Source: Terriglobia bacterium (GTDB lineage: Bacteria; Acidobacteriota; Terriglobia; UBA7540). From it: a DNA stretch of 24,000 nt. Made by a program: the position numbers and the translations under genes. Below, piece after piece: positions 17,563-24,000 of this stretch; within the stretch, counting starts at the first letter, position 1, and each line of letters starts with the position of its first letter. A model generated the notes under the pieces. That model searched no databases. It had not been told where the DNA came from and saw only the letters and a program-made list of their open reading frames with translations. The stretch covers positions 1 to 24,000 of the forward strand of contig DATLWV010000108.1 of the NCBI GenBank assembly GCA_035576145.1, given 5' to 3'.

Positions 17563-20500
17563 ATGTCGAAAGCGATTCATAAAGTTTGTCTGATCTTTTC
17601 CTTAGTAACACTCGGGGTCTTGCTGTTTCTGCCCTCTGCTGCATGGGCCCAGCGGGACACCGGTTCCATTGCGGGCACAGTCAAAGATCCCAGCGGGGCT
17701 GTGATACCTGGCGCGAAAGTTACAGTGACGAACGCAAATACGGGTGCGATGTTCGTCACCAGGACTGATGCCGGTGGCGAGTATGTGGCGAGTCCGTTGT
17801 TAATTGGCCAATATCGCGTCGCCGTAGCAAAACAAGGCTTCAAAACCACAGTCGTTGGGCCTTTTGCCATCCAGATCCAACAGAGAGCGGCGGTTGACGT
17901 TACTCTGCAGGTAGGACAAACGGTTCAAACCATTCAGGTGCGTGCCGCAACGCCTGTTCTGGAAACTCAGACCTCAAGCCTGGGGCAGGTTGTCAGCAAT
18001 CGTCAGGTTGTTGACCTGCCCTTAAACGGACGAAACTTTGCACAACTCGCCCTGCTGACAGCAGGAACAGCTCCCGCAGAACCGGGATCTCGTGACGAGG
18101 GCGGATATGGGTTCAGCGCCAATGGCGGACGCTCACTTCAGAACAACTTCCTCCTGAACGGCATGGACAACAATTCAAACCTTACGGACCTGCTCAACGA
18201 AAGCAACTACGTTGTAGGGCCTCCGGTTGATGCGATTCAGGAATTCAAGGTGCAGACGAACTCCTTTAGCGCGCAGTTTGGCCGGGGCAACGGTGCGGTC
18301 ATCAACGTTTCCATCAAGCAGGGAACCAACAAGCTGCACGGTGACGTGTGGGAATTTCTGCGCAATGACAAGCTCGACGCGCGCAACTTTTTCGACCAGA
18401 CGAGACCCACCTACCAGCAGAACCAGTTCGGCTTCACGGTTGGCGGTCCTGTTGACATTCCCCATCTCTACAACGGCAGAGACAAGACATTCTTTTTCGG
18501 TGACTTTGAAAGGCTGCTGATCCGCAAGGGGCTGACGGATACCTCCGTAGTGCCTACTGCGGCTCAGTCGTCCGGCGATTTCAGCGATCAACTGGACTTG
18601 ACGTCCCCGATCATGGTGAACAACCAGGCGGTTCTGGACTGCAACGGGAACCCAACCTATGCCGGCGAAATCTTCAATACCCGCCTGACGCAACTTGACT
18701 CAAACAGTCCGACCGGTTTGTGCGGCGTGCCGTTCATGACAACGGGCGGCGGCGTTCCTGTGAACCAGATTCCAACGGGAGTGCAGGACCCTCTGGCGGG
18801 ACGGTTGATAGCGCTTTTCCCGAAAAGCAACGCCAATCAGCCCGGGTACAACTACATCAGCAATCCCAAGAACCGGATCAACCGGAGCAACCTGGACGCC
18901 CGGCTTGACCACATCTTTTCGGCCAATGACACGTCGTTCTTCGTGCTTGACCGGCAGCAGCAGCCGAGCATCCTTCCCGGGCCGTTTGGAGGTCTGGCGG
19001 ATGGAAGCGGGTTTTTTAGTGGCGATGAGTTAAACACCGGTTACAATTCGGCCGCGAGTGAAACTCACATATTCAGCCCCACCCTGATCAACGAGTTTCG
19101 CGCCGGCTACAACCGGCTTGAGTCCCAGCGGCAGAATTTCAATTCCAACATCGATGTCTCCGGACAACTCGGATTTCCGGGCGTTCCGTTTGTCCCCGGC
19201 ATCGGCGGACTGCCGCAGCTTTCGTTTTCAGACGCTTCGACGCTTGGCAGCGCCACATACCTGCCTTCGGATGAAATCCAGAACACTGTCAATCTGGTTG
19301 ATAACTTCACCTGGATCCACGGGAAACACACCGTGCAGTTTGGAGGCGAGGGTCGGCGTGAGGAGTTCACTATTTACCAGCCGGCGGCGCCGCGCGGCGA
19401 ACTGGGGTTTGACCCCGTGTTTACCGATAACCCGGCAGCACCGGGATCTGGCGGAAGTGGTATGGCGTCGTTTTTGTTGGGGCTGCCTGATTGGGGCGAC
19501 ATCAATAATCTGCACAACGTGGATTATCTGCGCAAGATTCTCGCCACCTACCTGGAAGATACTTACCGTGTTACACCGCGCGTAACTCTGAACCTGGGGC
19601 TTCGGTACGAGTTTTTCGGCACTGTAAAGGAAAAATACAACGCCCAGGGAACATTCAACTTCCTTACAGGCAGCGTCATCATCCCGACGGACGCTGTGAC
19701 CCAGAACCATCAGCCGTCCACTCTAACGCCGCTCCTGGCATCGATAATCCCCGTCAGCCCGACAGGTTCGCGTGGGCTCATCAAGCCGGACTACAACAAC
19801 TTTGGGCCTCGGGCCGGCCTGGCAGTCAAGCTGACAAACAAGCTCGTTCTGCGGACCGGCTATGGCATCTTCTATGGCGGGGAGGAAAACGGTCCATATT
19901 CCAACCCGAGCCAGGGTTTCAACTCGCCATTTTTCGTTACTCAATCGTTCAATACTCCATGCGGAGCGGCTGCGGCAAACCCTTCCACGCAGAATTGTGC
20001 TATTCCTGATATCCAATACCTGCAGAATGGGTTCCCGGCCAATGCACTGGTCGACCCGAACACTCCTCAGCTTTTCAGCCTCGACCCTTCTTTGGCCACA
20101 CCCTACATGCAGGATTGGAACTTTGGCCTTCAGTACCAGTTGCCGGGCGATACGCTCTTTGAAGTGGTATATGCCGGGTCGAAGGGTACAAGGCTTTATG
20201 ACTTCATGAACGGCAACCAGGCAACCCCGACGCCCGATCCCAACCTGCCGACTGCGCCAAGGCGTCCGTTCCCGGCGGTCGATTCGTACATCGCGTTGTT
20301 CAGTTCGGATGCCATCTCTTCCTACAATTCGCTCCAGACGAAGTTCCAGAAGAACTTCTCCCATGGGTTCTCATTCCTGGCAACTTACACCTGGGCGCAT
20401 TCCATGGACAACGCATCAAGCGCCAACCTGGGAGCGCAAAACGGAGGCGACTTCCGCTACTTCCAGGATCGCCGGATTGAATTCGCCAATTCCGATTTCG

Positions 20501-21063
20501 ACGTCCGGAACCGGGCGGTCATCAGCGGCGTCTGGCAGCTTCCTTTTGGACGGGGCCAGCGATTTGCCGGCGGAGCCAGCGGCGCGATGAACCAGGTGGT
20601 CGGAGGCTGGCAGGTCGCAGGCATTTCGAGTTTCTCGAATGGCAACTGGTTCACGATCAGCGATTCCAATGGCAACTTTTCAAACTCCGACGGGCAGCAA
20701 CGGCCTGACGAGGTTTTGAACCCCAACTCAGCTCCTTGCCAGCCGAACACGTTCTTCAACACCTGCGCGTTTGTGGATCCGGCCCTGGGATCGTTTGGCA
20801 ATGCCGGAAGAAACAGTGTGGCCGGCCCGGGCCTTTACAACGTGGACTTCTCAGTGTTCAAGGCGTTCAGAACTTCCGAGAGCACACGCCTGGAATTCCG
20901 TTCGGAGTTCTTTAACGTACTGAACCATGCAAACCTGCTGCCGGCCCAGACTGGCCCGCAGTTCGGGATTAACACAACTTCGATGGGTTCGCCTGAATTC
21001 GGCTTCCTGACCGCCGCAAGGGCGCCCCGCGAAATCCAATTCTCATTAAAGTTCTTTTTCTAA
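17563..21063 (+). CDS. TonB-dependent receptor, Oar-like, with N-terminal carboxypeptidase-regulatory-like domain
   Basis: Signal peptide, 'DTGSIAGTVKDPSGAVIPGAKVTVTNANTG', plug-like 'VSNRQVVDLPLNGRNFAQLALLTAG', 'FLLNGMDNNSN', 'GPPVDAIQEFKVQTNSFSAQFGRGNGAVINVSIKQGTNKLHGDVWEFLRN', beta-barrel with C-terminal 'REIQFSLKFFF'. ATG 17563 is preceded by GGAGG. Confidence 0.95.
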   Translation: MSKAIHKVCLIFSLVTLGVLLFLPSAAWAQRDTGSIAGTVKDPSGAVIPGAKVTVTNANTGAMFVTRTDAGGEYVASPLLIGQYRVAVAKQGFKTTVVGPFAIQIQQRAAVDVTLQVGQTVQTIQVRAATPVLETQTSSLGQVVSNRQVVDLPLNGRNFAQLALLTAGTAPAEPGSRDEGGYGFSANGGRSLQNNFLLNGMDNNSNLTDLLNESNYVVGPPVDAIQEFKVQTNSFSAQFGRGNGAVINVSIKQGTNKLHGDVWEFLRNDKLDARNFFDQTRPTYQQNQFGFTVGGPVDIPHLYNGRDKTFFFGDFERLLIRKGLTDTSVVPTAAQSSGDFSDQLDLTSPIMVNNQAVLDCNGNPTYAGEIFNTRLTQLDSNSPTGLCGVPFMTTGGGVPVNQIPTGVQDPLAGRLIALFPKSNANQPGYNYISNPKNRINRSNLDARLDHIFSANDTSFFVLDRQQQPSILPGPFGGLADGSGFFSGDELNTGYNSAASETHIFSPTLINEFRAGYNRLESQRQNFNSNIDVSGQLGFPGVPFVPGIGGLPQLSFSDASTLGSATYLPSDEIQNTVNLVDNFTWIHGKHTVQFGGEGRREEFTIYQPAAPRGELGFDPVFTDNPAAPGSGGSGMASFLLGLPDWGDINNLHNVDYLRKILATYLEDTYRVTPRVTLNLGLRYEFFGTVKEKYNAQGTFNFLTGSVIIPTDAVTQNHQPSTLTPLLASIIPVSPTGSRGLIKPDYNNFGPRAGLAVKLTNKLVLRTGYGIFYGGEENGPYSNPSQGFNSPFFVTQSFNTPCGAAAANPSTQNCAIPDIQYLQNGFPANALVDPNTPQLFSLDPSLATPYMQDWNFGLQYQLPGDTLFEVVYAGSKGTRLYDFMNGNQATPTPDPNLPTAPRRPFPAVDSYIALFSSDAISSYNSLQTKFQKNFSHGFSFLATYTWAHSMDNASSANLGAQNGGDFRYFQDRRIEFANSDFDVRNRAVISGVWQLPFGRGQRFAGGASGAMNQVVGGWQVAGISSFSNGNWFTISDSNGNFSNSDGQQRPDEVLNPNSAPCQPNTFFNTCAFVDPALGSFGNAGRNSVAGPGLYNVDFSVFKAFRTSESTRLEFRSEFFNVLNHANLLPAQTGPQFGINTTSMGSPEFGFLTAARAPREIQFSLKFFF

Positions 21064-21077
21064 TTGGATCAGACGGC

Positions 21078-21130
21078 AGGCGGGGACAAGGCTGTGGACG
21101 GTTACGAGAGGCCTTGTCCCGCCTCTTTTT
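21078..21130 (+). terminator. Rho-independent terminator downstream of the TonB-dependent receptor
   Basis: AGGCGGGGACAAGGC ... GCCTTGTCCCGCCT stem (one bulged G) followed by CTTTTT, 15 nt after the stop codon. Confidence 0.85.
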
Positions 21131-21232
21131 CCCGGGCTGGAAGCAGGAATGCATTGATGTTGTCAGTCGTTTGTGATAATCATTTGTCCGTCGAAATAAT
21201 TCGTAATTTAACGAAATCGGGGCTTCATTAAG

Positions 21233-22069
21233 TTGAAAAAATCTATCGGCGACAACGAAATTCCAAGGGGCTGGAGTTTCGAGCAGGGGCTGGATTTAGT
21301 CAAGAAATCCGGATACGACGGAATCGAGCTATGGCTGGGCGAGGTTCCGTGGTTTCAGATGAGCACCACCGACGCGGAGGTGCGCGAGCTTCGGCGCGAG
21401 GTTGAGAACGCCGGCCTGGTGGTTTCCAACGTCTCAACCGGCCTTCACTGGAAAAACTCGCTATCCGCGCGCGACCCCAAAGTCCGCGAAGAAGGCATTC
21501 GAATCGTCAGGCGCCAGATCGAGACGGCGCAGATGCTCGGCACGGACGCCATCCTGGTTGTGGCGGGCTTGGTGACGGCCGAGGTCCCTTACAACGAAGT
21601 TTACAACCGCTCGGTTGAGGCCATGAAGACGCTTGGGCCCGACGCGGCGCGGGCCGGGGTCAAGATCGGCTGCGAGAACTGCAACAGTGAGCAGCGTTTC
21701 CTGATGGGACCGCGGGAGTTTCTCCTTTTCCTCAAAGACATTAATGAACCTTCAGTGGGCATTCACCTGGACGTTGGCAACATCCATGACGACGGATTTG
21801 CCGAGCAGTGGATTGAAATGATGGGGCCGCGGATCACGCGGATCCATTTGAAAGACGTCATGAAGAAACGCGGCCGCTGCGGTGACAGCGTTTACACGAA
21901 CATCTTTCTCGGTGACAACAACTGGAAGGCCATCCGCGCCGCCATGACCAAGGTTGGGTACGACGGGTGGCTGGTGGCGGAAATGGAGCGGCGGTATCAC
22001 TACGCGCAGGACCAGCAGTTTTATGACACGGCAGCGGCCATTGACCGCCTGATTGCCAACAAGGTTTAG
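21233..22069 (+). CDS. Sugar phosphate isomerase/epimerase (xylose-isomerase-like TIM barrel)
   Basis: 'WSFEQGLDLVKKSGYDGIELWLGE', 'VKIGCENC', 'VGIHLDVGNI', 'ITRIHLKD', 'DGWLVAEME'; the usual Glu/Asp/His/Glu metal ligands appear present. The apparent start is TTG; no in-frame ATG fits near the N-terminus. Confidence 0.88.
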   Translation: MKKSIGDNEIPRGWSFEQGLDLVKKSGYDGIELWLGEVPWFQMSTTDAEVRELRREVENAGLVVSNVSTGLHWKNSLSARDPKVREEGIRIVRRQIETAQMLGTDAILVVAGLVTAEVPYNEVYNRSVEAMKTLGPDAARAGVKIGCENCNSEQRFLMGPREFLLFLKDINEPSVGIHLDVGNIHDDGFAEQWIEMMGPRITRIHLKDVMKKRGRCGDSVYTNIFLGDNNWKAIRAAMTKVGYDGWLVAEMERRYHYAQDQQFYDTAAAIDRLIANKV

Positions 22070-22070
22070 A

Positions 22071-22859
22071 ATGCCCATTTCGCGACGCGGATTCCTGGGA
22101 TGTGCGGCGGGCGCTTCAGCGGTCGGAGCCGCGGTGGTGACGGGCCTGCGCAGGCTTTTCCCGGACGTTGCGCGTCAACCTGCAGGATGTCTCCTGATTG
22201 ATCCCGGTCCGGCTTCTCCCCTGCGCGAATCGGTTGCAGGATATGCAGTTGCGCTTTCATCTTTGGACATTTCTTACCAGCAGACTTCCTTCCAGCCTCC
22301 CGCACCTGCGCGCGCGATAATCATGCCGGGCGCAATTGATACAGACCATTCGGCGCTTGCAGGACTCAGCGAGCATCTCATGAGCGGGTCCATCGTGCTT
22401 TATGAAACCGGAGCAGCATTTTTCGGGCCTGAAGATTTTGATATTCATAAGCGTGTAATAAGGTCAGTGTTTGGATTGAGCCTTCATCGTCCCGTCCGGT
22501 TATGGGATTCCGCAGAGTCGCTCAAACAATCACCCTATATTGATTACCACTGGCCTGTTGTAACCAAGGTTCGCGATTTCAGCTGTGTTGTACCGGTTGG
22601 CCTCGAGGGCGGAGATGCGATTGCGTGGTTCCAGAAAGTACCCGTTGCCCTCAAACGCCGTATCGGGAAGGGAACGCTGGTCTTTCTGGGATCGCCGCTG
22701 GGACCGCATCTTTTGTCTGCTGACCGAGAGGCGGGCAACTGGCTGGGCGCTTTTTGCTCATCGTGTTGCGCAGCGTCACCATCGCGCATCGACCAATGTA
22801 CGTCCAGCGCGTGCGTTAGATTCCTGCTGGGCACGGCCTGTGGCGGGGGACCGTTTTGA
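22071..22859 (+). CDS. Tat-signal-containing hypothetical protein
   Basis: N-terminus MPISRRGFLGCAAGASAVGAAVVTGL matches a twin-arginine signal (SRRGFLG). ATG at 22071, directly after the upstream stop codon. Function not recognisable from sequence; the C-terminal ~25 residues look atypical (see findings). Confidence 0.7.
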   Translation: MPISRRGFLGCAAGASAVGAAVVTGLRRLFPDVARQPAGCLLIDPGPASPLRESVAGYAVALSSLDISYQQTSFQPPAPARAIIMPGAIDTDHSALAGLSEHLMSGSIVLYETGAAFFGPEDFDIHKRVIRSVFGLSLHRPVRLWDSAESLKQSPYIDYHWPVVTKVRDFSCVVPVGLEGGDAIAWFQKVPVALKRRIGKGTLVFLGSPLGPHLLSADREAGNWLGAFCSSCCAASPSRIDQCTSSACVRFLLGTACGGGPF

Positions 22860-22897
22860 AAAGTCGCTAAGAGACTCATACTTACGGGGAGGCCTGA

Positions 22898-24000
22898 ATG
22901 GCCAGAGTATACGATGTGGTGGTTGTGGGGTCAGGAGCCGCCGGAGGCATGGCGGCCACGCAATTGTGTTTGAAAGGCTTGAAGGTTCTCCTGCTGGAGC
23001 GCGGACCGAAATTCAATATCGCAACGGATTTCGAGCATCACAGGAAACCCTATAACTTTCCGTTCCGGGGCCGCATCCGGCCGTCGGAGCGCTCCATCTA
23101 TAACTACACAGCGAACGAGTGGAACAAGAAGCATTTTGTGAATGAGATTGAAAATCCCTACACGGGCAAAAAGTTTGTGTGGGTGCGGGCGCAGGCGGTG
23201 GGGGGCAAGACGCTTCACTGGGGGCTGGTTTCATTGCGCTTCAGCCCGCGGGATTTTAAGGCAGCCAGTCACGACGGCGTGGGCTCCGACTGGCCCATCT
23301 CCTACGAAGACGTCGAACCTTACTACAGCAAGGTTGAAGACTGGATCGGTGTTTGCGGACACATAGATCGCCTGGAGAACAATCCGGATAGCCACTTTCT
23401 CCCGCCCGTCCCGCTGACCTGCGCGGAAAACATTTTCAAAGGACAGATCGAAAGCAAATTTGCAGACCGGCACGTCATTCAGGGCCGTTCGGCGACCGTG
23501 ACGAAGCCGGGTTTCCATGGACGCGCCCCGTGCCACTATTGCGGCCACTGCGGGCGCGTTTGCAATGTTTCGGCCTCGTTCAGTTCGGCAGGAGTGCTGC
23601 TCCCGATTGCCGAAAAGACCGGCAACCTGACCATGCGCACCAATGCTGTGGTGTGGAAGGTAACGGCCGACAGGGAAAACCGTGCGAAGAGCGTCGTTTT
23701 TATCGACCGCATCACGCGGCAGGTGGAAGAGGTTTACGGCAAGGTGATTGTGATGGGCGCGGGAACGCTTGACACCACACGCATCCTGCTGAATTCCCGG
23801 AGCGACGATCATCCGGACGGCCTGGGCAACTCCAGCGGCGTGCTGGGCAAATATTTCTGCGAGCAGATCATGGCGGGCGGTGTCACCGGACTTATTCCCC
23901 GGTTGAAGGGAAACCCCAATCGCGGCGGCGACGCGCATCCGGAGGGCGGAGGAATCTATATCCCGCGCTTCCGAAACCTGAAAGAAAAGCGAAAAGACTT
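22898..24000 (+). CDS. GMC-family FAD-dependent oxidoreductase (partial, runs off the right edge)
   Basis: Not in the supplied ORF track (no stop inside the window). My translation from ATG 22898, preceded by GGGGAGG: MARVYDVVVVGSGAAGGMAATQLCLKGLKVLLLERGP... (GxGxxG), 'VRAQAVGGKTLHWGLVSLRFSPRDF', 'PCHYCGHCGRVCNVSASF', 'VIVMGAGTLDTTRILLNS', '...GLGNSSGVLGKYFCEQ'. Confidence 0.92.
   Translation, partial: MARVYDVVVVGSGAAGGMAATQLCLKGLKVLLLERGPKFNIATDFEHHRKPYNFPFRGRIRPSERSIYNYTANEWNKKHFVNEIENPYTGKKFVWVRAQAVGGKTLHWGLVSLRFSPRDFKAASHDGVGSDWPISYEDVEPYYSKVEDWIGVCGHIDRLENNPDSHFLPPVPLTCAENIFKGQIESKFADRHVIQGRSATVTKPGFHGRAPCHYCGHCGRVCNVSASFSSAGVLLPIAEKTGNLTMRTNAVVWKVTADRENRAKSVVFIDRITRQVEEVYGKVIVMGAGTLDTTRILLNSRSDDHPDGLGNSSGVLGKYFCEQIMAGGVTGLIPRLKGNPNRGGDAHPEGGGIYIPRFRNLKEKRKD

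Noticed and set aside
17378-17644. 88-aa minus-strand ORF over the receptor start and intergenic region
   Set aside because: Overlaps the strong SD/ATG and signal peptide of the receptor on the opposite strand and lacks protein-like character; the region is better explained as regulatory DNA.
17563-21063. SusC/SusD-type polysaccharide utilisation pair
   Set aside because: The receptor has Oar/carboxypeptidase-regulatory features and no SusD-like lipoprotein is adjacent, so it should not be called a canonical PUL.
1-24000. CRISPR arrays, anti-phage systems, toxin-antitoxin modules, prophage or transposon
   Set aside because: No repeat-spacer periodicity, transposase, integrase, nuclease/helicase defence gene or small TA pair seen. 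The YdeI-like gene was considered as an accessory defence factor but nothing around it supports that.

Overview
This 24 kb window looks chromosomal, GC-rich and protein-dense, and most likely acidobacterial. That assignment is inferred from two VWFA-related secreted proteins and a large Oar/carboxypeptidase-regulatory-type TonB receptor ending in ...KFFF. From left to right it holds: a tandem pair of secreted VWA proteins (-); pyrG with a good sigma70-like promoter; a dispersed Kdo-biosynthesis group (kdsA, kdsD/kpsF, kdsC) interleaved with a CHASE3-like/HAMP/GAF/GGDEF protein, a cupin and a YdeI-like protein; a minus-strand PfkB kinase-SDR-cyclase group; a divergent Gfo/Idh/MocA oxidoreductase; a tight SIS-PfkB-amidohydrolase-YjbQ operon; a roughly 430-nt repeat/palindrome-rich intergenic region; an 1166-aa TonB-dependent receptor with a clear rho-independent terminator; a xylose-isomerase-like TIM barrel; a Tat-signal hypothetical protein; and a cysteine-motif GMC oxidoreductase that runs off the right edge. 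I see no CRISPR array, tRNA, rRNA, transposase or phage gene. The most interesting part is the right half (about 12.2-24 kb), which resembles an unconventional carbohydrate or glycoside utilisation locus. It combines a possible phospho-aminosugar or ketosamine branch (SIS + PfkB) with a possible 3-oxo-glycoside branch (Gfo/Idh/MocA, isomerase-like TIM barrel, GMC). This is a hypothesis from family content and gene order, not a demonstrated pathway.
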